Positions 1 to 8,869 are shown, numbered from the stretch's first letter. The stretch: DNA of 64,000 nucleotides from an uncultured Acidobacteriota bacterium (GCA_964396875.1 CAYNHK010000002.1:1015-65014), one strand, 5' to 3'. The notes: generated by a model from the sequence alone, not told the origin. Translations and numbers: made by a program.

Positions 1-2
1 TC

Positions 3-329
3 GTTTTCATGGTTACGGCGCCCATGATGAGCCAGGGCATCGACATCAATCTCCCCACGGCGAATCAGGTGGAGAACCAACCCGAAGATCGCCTGACCGT
101 CTCGCTCGATGCGTCGGGGCGCGCGTATCTCGGTGACCAGCCCCTGGCTCTGCCTCTACTCGAGGATCGGATCCGCGCGCACATGGCCGGCCGGCCCACC
201 CAGGTCGTCTATCTCCGCGCCGACGAAGCGGCTCGTTACGGCAAGGTCATCGAGGTGGTCGACCTTTTGAAGCGCTGCGGCGTCGAACGTATTGGGTTTG
301 CCTACGAGATACCCAAGGAGGTTCGATGA
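3..329 (+). CDS. tolR: ExbD/TolR-family biopolymer transport protein, 5'-truncated at the window edge
   Basis: The reading frame is open to the window start. It shows ExbD/TolR periplasmic-domain motifs (FMVTAPMM..GIDINLP; VYLRADEAARYGKVIEVVDLLKRCG). Its stop overlaps the next start (ATGA). TolA-like, TolB and YbgF genes follow. Confidence 0.85.
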   Translation, partial: VFMVTAPMMSQGIDINLPTANQVENQPEDRLTVSLDASGRAYLGDQPLALPLLEDRIRAHMAGRPTQVVYLRADEAARYGKVIEVVDLLKRCGVERIGFAYEIPKEVR

Positions 330-1138
330 ACGATCCCGTCCTGCGCGTCCTCGCGTCCCGTCAGATGCTCATCGACGACGGGTATTCGAAGAGCCTCCTG
401 CTCTCGGGCGCCGCGCATGCGACATCGTTCTTCGCCATCCTCATCATTGCGTTGCTGACCCCGAAGGCGCCGATCATCCGCGTCATCGATGGGTTCGCGG
501 TCCCGCTGCCGAAGGGCGGCGGCATCCCGAGAGTGGTTCAGCCCGCGGCCACGCAAACGGAGGCGGCTCCCGCTCCCCCGGTCGAAGCGGCGAAAGTCGA
601 GCCGAAGGCGGCTCCGGCCCCGGTGAAGCTGATCAAGCCTGAGGCCCCGACAATCAAGAAGGGTGTGGCGCCCGTCGACCTGAAGCGAAGCGTCAAGGAG
701 CCGAAGGAACGGGAATCGAGAGAGATCGCAACCGAAAAGATCACCAAGGCAGCACCCGCGAAGGCCGCCACGGCCCCAACCCCCGGCATCGCGACCTCCG
801 CGAGCGGCCTCGACTTCAGCTCTCCCGACGAAGGGGTTATCGACGGCACGAACGGACCCGTGGGTCCCCTTGGCTTCTACCTCGCCGGAGTCAAGAACAG
901 GATCTGGGCCACGTGGGCTCGCCAGATTCGCCCGGATTTCACAGGGAGCGTGAAGGTCGCTTTCACGATCCACCGGGACGGATCCGTCGACGAGGTGGAG
1001 GTGATCCAGACCTCGGGTTCAGCCGCCCTCGATCGACTGGCCGAGCGAGCCGTGATCAGCACGCAGCTTGGCCCGCTTCCAAACGCGTACGACAAGGAGA
1101 CCCTGGTGGTCCATGCGAACTTCAAACCTGTTTCTTAG
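326..1138 (+). CDS. tolA: TolA/TonB-family protein (N-terminal TM helix, Pro/Ala/Lys-rich spacer, TonB_C-like C-terminal domain)
   Basis: There is a hydrophobic helix (ATSFFAILIIALL). A PA/K-rich linker follows (EAAPAPPVEAAKVEPKAAPAP). The C-terminus reads VKVAFTIHRDGSVDEVEVIQTSGSAALDRLAERAV, typical of the TonB/TolA C-terminal fold. The gene sits between tolR and tolB. Confidence 0.75.
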   Translation: MNDPVLRVLASRQMLIDDGYSKSLLLSGAAHATSFFAILIIALLTPKAPIIRVIDGFAVPLPKGGGIPRVVQPAATQTEAAPAPPVEAAKVEPKAAPAPVKLIKPEAPTIKKGVAPVDLKRSVKEPKERESREIATEKITKAAPAKAATAPTPGIATSASGLDFSSPDEGVIDGTNGPVGPLGFYLAGVKNRIWATWARQIRPDFTGSVKVAFTIHRDGSVDEVEVIQTSGSAALDRLAERAVISTQLGPLPNAYDKETLVVHANFKPVS

Positions 1139-2531
1139 CGCCGGCCTGACCCTCGCCCTCGTCGCCGGGATTGGCGGCGTGGCCTCGTCGACCCAGGATC
1201 CGCCTCCGGTTCTCGACATCGGAGGCACCGCGACGCGCGTCGCCATCGCCCCGTGTTCCGCGACCATCGAGCCGCTGCGAACATCTTGCGGGATCGTCCG
1301 TGAGGTCTTGAAGGCCGACCTGGAGTTTGAGAACTTTCAACTGATCCCGGAATCGCTGATGCGGTCTCTTCCGCCGGTCGATCCGAAACTGCCGAACTAC
1401 CTGGATTGGAAATCGGTCGGCGCCAGCATTCTGGTGACGCTCGAGGCGGTCCAGAACGGAACGGACTTCGCGGTCGAGTCCCGCACGTTTCACGTCGACG
1501 GCAAGTCCTCGATCATGAACAAGCGCTACGCCGGTCGGATCGAGCCGGGAAACGCAAGCACGTTCCGCGCCTTCGCGCACCAGGCCGCCGAGGACATCCT
1601 GGGCCTCGCTTCGATTCAGGCAGTCACCCGGACTCGACTCGTGTTCGTGTCCGACCGCGACGCGCCCGTACGAGGCTCCACTCCCCCGGCAACCGTGAAG
1701 GGACCCAGGACAACCGCCGCCGTGTCCGGTCCGCCTCCCGCGCGCGGACGCAAGGAGCTCTACATAGCCGACTACGACGGCTTCAATGTCCGCCGCGTCA
1801 CCGTCAACCACAACATCTCCATCCTTCCTGCGTGGACTCCTGGCGCCAAGGGACTCATCTATACGTCCTACCGGTCCGGAACTCCGCAGATCTTCCTTTC
1901 GTGGATCTTCGAAGGCCGGGTGGTGCCGAATGTCACGAGGGAAAGCGCCGACTCTCAGGCGATCGCCCCGGTGGTCTCGCCCGATGGGAAACGCGTCGCG
2001 TACAGCGGAGATCGCGGCGGCAACTTCGATATCTGGGTGGCGAACATCGACGGCACCGGTGCGCGCAACCTTACGGGGACTCTCGCGAACGACACCGCGC
2101 CATGCTGGAGTCCCTCGGGTCTCGAGATCGCCTTCACCTCGGGCCGCAGCGGTTCCGCACAGCTCTGGGTCATGGACCACGAGGGTCTGAATCTGCGCCG
2201 TCTATCGAGTGTCGGCAACTACAACGACGCCTGCGCCTGGAACCCTTCGCGCGAGTTTGCCGAGATCGCGTATTCGTCGCGTCTCGAGGACGGGGGGTTC
2301 GAGATCGCGGTCGTCGATCTGGCCACCAGCCAGGTCCGCCAGCTCACCACCGGCCGCGGGAGCTGCGAGTATCCGACGTGGTCTCCAAGCGGCCGGCACC
2401 TGACGTTCTCCTGCAACCGGGGGGGCACGTGGCAACTTGCCCAGATCGATCGCATGGGCAGCCGCCTCAGGACTCTCGCCGTCGGACCTGGAAACAGCCA
2501 GCAGGCCGACTGGAGTCAGACTGTTCGCTGA
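1113..2531 (+). CDS. tolB: Tol-Pal system beta-propeller protein TolB
   Basis: A signal peptide starts from the ATG at 1113 (MRTSNLFLSAGLTLALVAG). There are repeated PD40/WD40-like units (SPDGKRVAYSGDRGGNFDIWV, WSPSGLEIAFTSGRSGSAQLWV, WSPSGRHLTFSCNRGGTWQL). Tol gene context supports the call. The track ORF begins at 1068, but that extension overlaps tolA. Confidence 0.9.
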   Translation: MRTSNLFLSAGLTLALVAGIGGVASSTQDPPPVLDIGGTATRVAIAPCSATIEPLRTSCGIVREVLKADLEFENFQLIPESLMRSLPPVDPKLPNYLDWKSVGASILVTLEAVQNGTDFAVESRTFHVDGKSSIMNKRYAGRIEPGNASTFRAFAHQAAEDILGLASIQAVTRTRLVFVSDRDAPVRGSTPPATVKGPRTTAAVSGPPPARGRKELYIADYDGFNVRRVTVNHNISILPAWTPGAKGLIYTSYRSGTPQIFLSWIFEGRVVPNVTRESADSQAIAPVVSPDGKRVAYSGDRGGNFDIWVANIDGTGARNLTGTLANDTAPCWSPSGLEIAFTSGRSGSAQLWVMDHEGLNLRRLSSVGNYNDACAWNPSREFAEIAYSSRLEDGGFEIAVVDLATSQVRQLTTGRGSCEYPTWSPSGRHLTFSCNRGGTWQLAQIDRMGSRLRTLAVGPGNSQQADWSQTVR

Positions 2532-2610
2532 CTTTCCGTTTCTCGGGGGACCTCACCCGGAACCCCCAGCCGATATCATCCCGCCCATCACCTCAAAAGG
2601 CCAAGAAGAT

Positions 2611-3399
2611 ATGACTCAGAACCTCTCACGCCTTCCCCATGGCAGCCTCCTGCTGGTCGCCGCCTGTCTTCTCGCGATCCCATCATGGGCGCGGGCCGAC
2701 AAAAAGGAGTACCTGGCGCTCAGCCAGCAGATCGCCACTCTTCAGGGTCAGGTCGCTGAAGCAGACCAGGCACGAGCGGAGTCTGCGAAGGAGCTTCGTC
2801 GCATTGTTGAACTTCTGGTGGAACAGTCAGCCTTGATCAAGAAGCTCCAACAGGACCTCAAGTTCCAGGACGAGCGGACAATGGTGGTGATCAAGGACCA
2901 GCAGGAGAGACTCTCGGAGATCTCCGACCGGCTGAAGGCAGCGGCGACCGCCCAATCCGCGGCCGCGTCCGGGGGCCTTCCCTCCGGCGCGCCCACCCCC
3001 GGGGCAGGCACGACCGGAGCGCCGGCACTCCCTCCGCGCGACCTCTACCAGCAGGCCTACAGCGACTTCGCCCGAAAGAACTACGACTTGTCGATCCAGG
3101 GTTTTATGGAGTATCTCCGCCTCTACCGCGAGACCGACCTCGCCGACAACGCCCAATACTGGATTGGCGAATGCCTTCAGGCCCAGGCGAAGTATGAGGA
3201 GGCCGTGACCGCGTTCAACGCGCTTCTCCGCGATTTCCCGGCGAGCGACAAGATGCCCGACGCTCGGTACAAGAAGGGCGTCGCCCTCGAGGCGCTCGGG
3301 CGCAAGTCGCAAGCCATCCTCGAATACCGGTTCGTGGTCGAGCGGTACCCGAACGCACCGGCAGCGCGCCTCGCCCGAGAGAAACTCGGCCAGCCCTAG
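2611..3399 (+). CDS. ybgF: Tol-Pal system protein YbgF/CpoB (coiled coil plus TPR)
   Basis: The ATG at 2611 gives a signal peptide (LLLVAACLLAIPSWARA). An N-terminal coiled coil and a C-terminal TPR region follow (YQQAYSDFARKNYDLSIQGF...AQYWIGECL...ARYKKGVALEALGRK). The gene lies immediately after tolB. Confidence 0.85.
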   Translation: MTQNLSRLPHGSLLLVAACLLAIPSWARADKKEYLALSQQIATLQGQVAEADQARAESAKELRRIVELLVEQSALIKKLQQDLKFQDERTMVVIKDQQERLSEISDRLKAAATAQSAAASGGLPSGAPTPGAGTTGAPALPPRDLYQQAYSDFARKNYDLSIQGFMEYLRLYRETDLADNAQYWIGECLQAQAKYEEAVTAFNALLRDFPASDKMPDARYKKGVALEALGRKSQAILEYRFVVERYPNAPAARLAREKLGQP

Positions 3400-3492
3400 G
3401 TCCTCGCAACGACGCCCCCGCATCCCTACCCAATCCTCTCAAGCCCCAATCTCTCCCCAAGCTACGACACCAAAAGAACAGGAAACCAAGAA

Positions 3493-3927
3493 ATGGCCTC
3501 AGTCAACAAAGTTACGCTTATCGGAAACGTCGGAAAAGACCCCGAGATTCGTTACACGCAGTCGGGCGAACCCATCGCCAACTTCTCCCTCGCCACCTCC
3601 GAGAGCTGGACCGACAAGTCCGGCCAGAAACAGGAAAAGACTGAGTGGCACCGCGTCGAGGTCTTCGGCAAGACCGCGCAGGTCGTGCGCGACTACGTCA
3701 CCAAGGGAAAGCCCCTCTACGTCGAGGGCTCGATCAAGTACGACGAATACACCGACAAAGACGGCATCAAGCGGAACGTCACGAAGATTCGCGTCAGCGG
3801 CTTCAACTCGCGGATCGTCTTGCTCGGTTCCCGGGGCGACGGCGCTCCTCGCGCCGCCAGTTCGGGCGAACCCGGTCCGGGTCCGGCCGACGACTTTCAG
3901 GCCTCGGACGAAGACGTTCCGTTCTAG
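3493..3927 (+). CDS. ssb: Single-stranded DNA-binding protein
   Basis: There is an OB-fold N-terminus (VNKVTLIGNVGKDPEIRYTQSGEPIANFSLATSE...TEWHRVEVFGK). A Gly/Pro-rich linker and an acidic C-terminal tip (SDEDVPF) follow. Confidence 0.95.
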   Translation: MASVNKVTLIGNVGKDPEIRYTQSGEPIANFSLATSESWTDKSGQKQEKTEWHRVEVFGKTAQVVRDYVTKGKPLYVEGSIKYDEYTDKDGIKRNVTKIRVSGFNSRIVLLGSRGDGAPRAASSGEPGPGPADDFQASDEDVPF

Positions 3928-4050
3928 GAGCGCTGCGTCTGAGTCTCGAAGGGACCACCGATTTGGCTCAACTCGGTGTGATGCCACACACTAGGGCGTC
4001 AGAGCCGTTCGGTCGTCCCTTCCGCCCAACCAGTTGAAGTATCGGATTCA

Positions 4051-5124
4051 TTGCCCTTTCTCGCCGCGATCGAGACGCTTCCCGCTCCCTTCTCTCACCA
4101 ACAGACTGAGGTTGGGGCCGCCGTTGTGGCCTGGCTTGAAACAACGCGTGCGGACGTCGATCCGCGCGCGGTTGAGCGGCTTTTCGCTCGATCCGGCGTC
4201 GGCGCCCGCTCGTCCCTGAGGCCTCTCGACGAAGTCTTCGTTGACGCCAGCTTCGCCGAGCGGAACGCGATCTATCAGGAAGCCATGATCCAGACCGGGA
4301 TCGCATTGTCCCGGAGCGCTCTCGCCCGAGCCGGGCTTACGAACGTGGACCTCCTCGTCTCGAGTTCGTGCACCGGGTTCATGATTCCGGCGGTCGACGC
4401 CTACGTGGCGAACGCACTTCGCCTCGGTCCCCGGCTCGTCCGTCTCCCGGTCACCGAGGCGGGTTGCGCGGGCGGCGCGGTCGCATTGGCGCGGGCCGGC
4501 GACTATTTGAAGGCCCATCCGCGTGGCGCGGCCCTGGTCCTCGCGATTGAATTCTCTTCGCTCACTTTCCAGGCGCGGGATCCCTCCGCAACGAACATGG
4601 TGGCGGCGGCCCTTTTCGCAGATGGCGCGGGCGCCGTCGTTCTTCTCGGAGCCGAGCATCCTGATTCCGCACGGGCTCAGGCCCGCTTAATAAGCTCAGG
4701 CAGCTTCTTCATGTCCGACAGCCTGGGGGCCATGGGCTACGATGTTGTCGAGACCGGGTACAAGCTGGTCCTGGACAAGCGCCTCCCGGATTTTCTTCGG
4801 GGCCGCCTTCGTCCCATGGTGCTCGAGTTCCTTTGTGAGAACGAGGTGCGCTTTGAGGACCTCGCCGCGTTTGCAATTCACCCCGGTGGACGCAAGGTCA
4901 TGGACGTCGCCGAGGAGGAACTCGGCCTCTCTCCCGCCCAACTCGAGCCCTCGAGATCCGTGCTCCGCGATCATGGGAACATGAGTTCCGCGACCATTGT
5001 TTTTGTACTGGAACGGGTGCTGCGCGCTCTCGCCCCGGACGCCTTCGCCCTCGGCATCGGCTTTGGTCCCGGGTTCGCGATCGAGCTGAGCCTCTGGCGC
5101 GGCGTGAGCGCCGCGGGCCGGTGA
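4051..5124 (+). CDS. Type III polyketide synthase (chalcone/stilbene synthase family)
   Basis: Cys-His-Asn catalytic contexts are visible: SSSCTGFMIPAVD, FAIHPGGRKVMD, RDHGNMSSATIVFVL. The C-terminal GFGPGF motif is present. Length is about 357 aa. The start is TTG, the only start codon after an in-frame stop at 4036. Confidence 0.85.
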   Translation: MPFLAAIETLPAPFSHQQTEVGAAVVAWLETTRADVDPRAVERLFARSGVGARSSLRPLDEVFVDASFAERNAIYQEAMIQTGIALSRSALARAGLTNVDLLVSSSCTGFMIPAVDAYVANALRLGPRLVRLPVTEAGCAGGAVALARAGDYLKAHPRGAALVLAIEFSSLTFQARDPSATNMVAAALFADGAGAVVLLGAEHPDSARAQARLISSGSFFMSDSLGAMGYDVVETGYKLVLDKRLPDFLRGRLRPMVLEFLCENEVRFEDLAAFAIHPGGRKVMDVAEEELGLSPAQLEPSRSVLRDHGNMSSATIVFVLERVLRALAPDAFALGIGFGPGFAIELSLWRGVSAAGR

Positions 5125-5152
5125 GACGCAGCGCTCCCCCGGTCCTGACGAG

Positions 5153-6328
5153 ATGAAGGTCCACCGCGCCGATGTGCTCGTGATCGGCGGCGGCCCCGCG
5201 GGGGCTACCGCGGCGTTTCAGCTGGCTTCGGCGGGGATCGGCGTCACCCTCATCGACCGCGCCCGGTTCCCCCGGGAAAAAGTCTGCGGGGAGAGTCTTT
5301 CCCCCGGGGCGATCGCCCGTCTGCGCGCGATCGGCATGTGGCCCTCGGACGCGGCTGGCTCCGAGAGCCCGCCGGCATCTCTGCCGCTGCGCGGCATGAG
5401 AGTTCGCTCCCCGCGTGGAATCACTTTTTCCGGCGCCTACCGGACCGGAGCCGATGGAACCGGGCTCGCGATTCGCCGCACAGTCCTCGACCATTCCCTG
5501 CTCGAGCGGGCGCGTTCGCGCGGCGCGCGCGTCGTGGAGGCGGTCGAAGTCACGCGGGGCGAGGTCACGCCCGAAGGCGGGGCCGCGGTCTTCGCCCGCG
5601 ATAGCGAAGGGAGCGCATCCCTCCGCTATGAGGCGAAGCGGGTCATCGTCGCCGACGGCCGTCGGAGTTTTCTGGCCCGCCAGCTCGGTTTCATCGAACC
5701 GGAGAATCTCAATCATGAACGGCGCCGGTTCGCGGTTCGCGCCCACTGCGAGGGCCTTACCGGTCTCTCTGATTTTGCCGAGATGGAGGTCGGCCGGGGC
5801 GGTTATTGCGGCATCGCTCCCCTCTCCGCCACCCGCGCCAACGTTTGCTACGTTCTTTTCACCAACCGCCTCGACATAGCCCCTGCCACCATCGAGCAGG
5901 ATTTTCGTCGGCACCTCGAAGGCTTTCCCGGGGTCGCGCATCGGCTCGGCCACGCGCGCATCGAAGGCGCCATCGGGGTTGCGGGTCCCCTTCGCATGCG
6001 CTCGAAGCGACAGACGACCGGGCCGTTTCTCGCCTGCGGCGACACCACGGGCTTCCTCGATCCGTTCACGGGTGAAGGTATCGCACACGCGATCGCCACC
6101 GGTATCCAGGCGGCGGCCGCGGTCGGCGAGTCGCTTCAAGGCCGGGCCGGAGCGCTGCGCGAGTACGAGCGCTACGTTCGATCCCTTCGGAGGATCAAGG
6201 GAACCTCAGCCCTTCTCCTCTACGGGCTGGTGTCCCGGCACGCGCTCGCCGACACGGCTGCTGCGATCTTCGCGCGTGTTCCCCGGCTGGGCGACGCGGT
6301 GGTGCGTCTGTTCGGAGACCAGGTCTGA
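5153..6328 (+). CDS. FAD-dependent oxidoreductase (geranylgeranyl-reductase / aromatic-ring hydroxylase family)
   Basis: The N-terminus carries a Rossmann dinucleotide motif (DVLVIGGGPAGATAAFQLASAGIGVTLIDR). A later GD motif (LACGDTTGFLDPFTGEGI) is present. The gene lies 28 nt downstream of the type III PKS on the same strand. Confidence 0.8.
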   Translation: MKVHRADVLVIGGGPAGATAAFQLASAGIGVTLIDRARFPREKVCGESLSPGAIARLRAIGMWPSDAAGSESPPASLPLRGMRVRSPRGITFSGAYRTGADGTGLAIRRTVLDHSLLERARSRGARVVEAVEVTRGEVTPEGGAAVFARDSEGSASLRYEAKRVIVADGRRSFLARQLGFIEPENLNHERRRFAVRAHCEGLTGLSDFAEMEVGRGGYCGIAPLSATRANVCYVLFTNRLDIAPATIEQDFRRHLEGFPGVAHRLGHARIEGAIGVAGPLRMRSKRQTTGPFLACGDTTGFLDPFTGEGIAHAIATGIQAAAAVGESLQGRAGALREYERYVRSLRRIKGTSALLLYGLVSRHALADTAAAIFARVPRLGDAVVRLFGDQV

Positions 6329-6409
6329 CCCGCGTTTTTCTTGATTGAAGCAGGCAGATCGGAGATAATCCGCGTTCGCGTCGGCAGGCAACCATCCGCC
6401 TGACGATCA

Positions 6410-6484
6410 GGGGCCCGCTAGCTCAATGGTAGAGCAGAAGACTCTTAATCTTTTGGTTGGAGGTTCGAGTCCTCCGCGGGTCAC
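6410..6484 (+). tRNA. tRNA-Lys (anticodon CTT)
   Basis: The cloverleaf was folded by hand. The acceptor stem pairs GGCCCGC with GCGGGTC, including one G-T pair. The D arm is GCTC-AATGGTA-GAGC. The anticodon arm is GAAGA-CTCTTAA-TCTTT, with CTT at 6442-6444. The T arm is GGAGG-TTCGAGT-CCTCC. Discriminator A and an encoded CCA follow. Confidence 0.9.
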
Positions 6485-6522
6485 CACCCACCCCTGAGGC
6501 GATCCTGATGCGGCGCACCGGG

Positions 6523-6777
6523 CTATTTTTCCGCGGCCGGCGGCCCGAAGAGAAAACGCTCCATCTCCTCGCGGAGCTTCTTGCGCGACTCCGGGTCCGC
6601 CATCGACAGGCCGTAGTGATTCATGATCGTGCGCGACTCCTCCTGCCACATCTCCCAGGCGCGCTTCGAGATCGAGGCGTGGATCTTCTGGCCAAGCGGG
6701 CTCGAGAAAGGCGGCTTGTCGAGTCCCGGCAAGTCGGCGTCGAGTTTGACGCAATGGACGGTGTATTCGCTGGTCAT
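6523..6777 (-). CDS. yggX: Fe(2+)-trafficking / oxidative-damage protection protein YggX
   Basis: The 84-aa protein matches the YggX pattern (VHCVKL..DLPGLDKPPF..PLGQKI...ISKRAWEMWQEE...IMNHYGLSM...R..L.EEMERFLFG). Confidence 0.85.
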   Translation of the reverse strand: MTSEYTVHCVKLDADLPGLDKPPFSSPLGQKIHASISKRAWEMWQEESRTIMNHYGLSMADPESRKKLREEMERFLFGPPAAEK

Positions 6778-7433
6778 GAGCTCCTGGTTTCCACGGGGGG
6801 ATTGCCGGTGAGGAGCGAGACGACTCGCTCGAGTTCGCGGACCCGACGGTTGAGATCGGCCACCTTCGTGACGAGATCCTCGCCCTCGTCCGCGGCATAA
6901 CGCCGGACCGCGGGCGTGAGGACCTCTTCGGCTGGCTCGCCCCCCGCCAAATGGGTCCAGCGCGACTCTTTCTGGCCCGGCGCTCTCGGGAGTTCCCGAA
7001 CCAGCGGCTCGTCAGCCGCGGCGAGAGAGAGCAGCGTGTCCTCTAGTTCTCCCACGGTGCCGAAAGCGTGCATCCTCTCGCTCCGATTGCGCAGTTCACC
7101 AGGCGTCTGCGGCCCGCGCAGGAGGAGCAGGGTCATGACCGCTTTGCGGGCCGGGGTGAGCTCCCAGCGGAGATCGAGGCCGTGCCGCCACCGCGTCACG
7201 CGGGCACCCTCCGTCCGGGTCACGAAGCCGTCCTGATACAACTGACGAAGCGCCCCGTGAACAGCGCCTTCGGACATCTCCATCACCGGCTCGCGTGCGG
7301 TCTTCTGATTGCAGGCCTGAATCAGGGCGTTGACGGTGAGCGGATAGAGCTCAGGTGTCGTCTGCTCCTTCTCGAGCAGCGCGCCGAGAACGCGGGCCTC
7401 CGCGGCGTCGAGCGAACGAGGGATCTTCTGCAC
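6774..7433 (-). CDS. YceH-like DUF480 family protein (winged-helix repeats)
   Basis: The N-terminus LDAAEARVLGALLEKEQTTPELYPLTVNALIQACNQKT.REPVM is characteristic of YceH/DUF480. A second repeat follows (MTLLLLRGPQTPGELRNRSERM). The stop overlaps the yggX start. Confidence 0.8.
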   Translation of the reverse strand: MQKIPRSLDAAEARVLGALLEKEQTTPELYPLTVNALIQACNQKTAREPVMEMSEGAVHGALRQLYQDGFVTRTEGARVTRWRHGLDLRWELTPARKAVMTLLLLRGPQTPGELRNRSERMHAFGTVGELEDTLLSLAAADEPLVRELPRAPGQKESRWTHLAGGEPAEEVLTPAVRRYAADEGEDLVTKVADLNRRVRELERVVSLLTGNPPVETRSS

Positions 7434-7482
7434 GCGGCTAGCTTATCCGAGCACCCGCGAGGCCCTCCAAGCGCGAAAACGC

Positions 7483-8469
7483 CTACTTCTTCCCGCGCTT
7501 GCTCTGATCGCCGGCGTGGGAGTGGTCGGGCCCATGTTCGTGGCTGTGCTCGTGCTCGTGCGAATGGGGTCCGCTGTGATCGTGGGAGTGAACCCAGTCC
7601 GGTCCGTGGCCGTGGAGGAAGTCGGGGTGATTGTGTCCCTGGGTCATCACCCACTTGAAGAGGTCGGGCGAATGTTTCGCCAGCTTCTTCGCCACCTTCT
7701 TCTGGTTTGCCTCGGGTTCGGTGTGCGCGTGGAAGTGGAAGTGGTTGTGCAGCGTGCCATCGGTGCGGCCGAAGGCCAGGACGCCATGCTCGCTCGCAAA
7801 CGCGCCGTGGTTGATGTACGGCGGACGCCAGAAGTACCCGCCGGTGGGCAGATTACCGAACTGCATCATCCAGGACGTTCCCCAGATGTGGTACGCCTCC
7901 TCGGCGCAATCGTGGAACGAGATGTTGTCCTGCCAGAAGCCGGGGACCATGCAGTAGAGAAATGAAAGGGCCTCGGTCTCTTCATCGATCCTGAGAACCT
8001 TGATCATGCATCCGGGCTCGGTCGCGGGGAAGAGGTTTGGGACCTGCCAGGGCATGTCGTCGTACGAGTTCGTCGCGATCAGGCCTGAGCGCTTCGCCCC
8101 CGACGCATCCTGATCGGATTCGATGATGTTCGGTTCCCGATCGTTGTACATCAGAAGCAGTTCGCACCCGCGGGTGGTGGAGATCGCCGGGAGGGATACG
8201 CCTCTGGGGATGAAACTGTAGTACCCCGGCGTGCAGGCCTGTTCGCCGAGCATGAACGTCCCCTTCATGCTGAGGATCTCGACGTCGGACATCGAGATGG
8301 AAGGGGGTTGCCGATACCCGCCCTCGAGTTGCACGGTCATGGTGCAGGCTCCGGTGTCCTTGTCGATGGACAACATTTTGTAGTTCATTCCCCTCTTGAA
8401 GCCAGGGAGGGTCATCCTCTTGAAGGGAACGTCGCGGTCGACGAAGGGTTCGATGTGTCGGCGGGCCAT
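7483..8469 (-). CDS. Cupin-like protein with a histidine-rich C-terminal tail
   Basis: The ATG at 8469 (MARRHIEPF) was chosen; the track ORF extends to 8649 with low-complexity sequence. The body looks like a double beta-barrel/cupin. The last roughly 90 aa are extremely His-rich (HNHFHFHAH...HNHPDFLHGHGPDWVHSHDHSGPHSHEHEHSHEHGPDHSH). Confidence 0.6.
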   Translation of the reverse strand: MARRHIEPFVDRDVPFKRMTLPGFKRGMNYKMLSIDKDTGACTMTVQLEGGYRQPPSISMSDVEILSMKGTFMLGEQACTPGYYSFIPRGVSLPAISTTRGCELLLMYNDREPNIIESDQDASGAKRSGLIATNSYDDMPWQVPNLFPATEPGCMIKVLRIDEETEALSFLYCMVPGFWQDNISFHDCAEEAYHIWGTSWMMQFGNLPTGGYFWRPPYINHGAFASEHGVLAFGRTDGTLHNHFHFHAHTEPEANQKKVAKKLAKHSPDLFKWVMTQGHNHPDFLHGHGPDWVHSHDHSGPHSHEHEHSHEHGPDHSHAGDQSKRGKK

Positions 8470-8525
8470 GGTTGTTTGTTCTCTCCGGCGGAATCGAGTG
8501 AAGGAAGGGGCACTCGGCCCTGTGA

Positions 8526-8846
8526 TCAGAAGACCACGCGAATGCGCTTGGGAATCGGCGGAATCTCTTCCGGCTTCACCTTGCGCCGTATCCCCGCGTG
8601 CACGGAGAAGCCCCGGGTCTGAAGCCGCTGGTAGAACTCCTTCACCCACTTCATCCGCCGGTCGTTGAGCGCGTTCATGTCGCGCACGATGCGGCGATAG
8701 ATCCTCTCTTGGGCCCGGACCTCCGCCTGGATCCAGCGCTCCACCTCCGCGGGGCGCCGGGGCCCCTCGGGCGGCGCGGGGACCTTCCGACTCTTCGCCC
8801 GGGACCTTGAGGCGGCGTTTGAAACGGCTCTTTTTCTTGTGGCCAT
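8526..8846 (-). CDS. Small basic hypothetical protein (106 aa)
   Basis: This is the 3' portion of track ORF 8526..9980. From the ATG at 8846 (MATRKRAVSN...) the composition looks protein-like. The upstream part of that ORF overlaps the MFS gene in another frame and looks spurious. No family was recognised. Confidence 0.45.
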   Translation of the reverse strand: MATRKRAVSNAASRSRAKSRKVPAPPEGPRRPAEVERWIQAEVRAQERIYRRIVRDMNALNDRRMKWVKEFYQRLQTRGFSVHAGIRRKVKPEEIPPIPKRIRVVF

Positions 8847-8869
8847 GATCCTAGAACTCTCGTTGTGAG

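Noticed and set aside
4898-6139. A 413-aa ORF antisense to the FAD oxidoreductase. Similar long antisense or overlapping ORFs occur at 10159..11691, 15361..17052, 44873..45760, 46247..47500, 48558..49940, 51856..53568, 53381..54637, 56627..58015 and 58764..60194.
   Set aside because: The translations are Arg/Gly/Pro/Ala-rich low-complexity sequence with no recognisable motifs. Each lies opposite a gene with strong family signatures. This is typical shadow-ORF behaviour in high-GC DNA.
6410-6484. tRNA-Lys considered as a possible integration hotspot for a genomic island carrying the PKS or the downstream genes.
   Set aside because: No integrase or recombinase is present. I could not see a direct repeat of the tRNA 3' end. 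No obvious compositional break is visible on either side.
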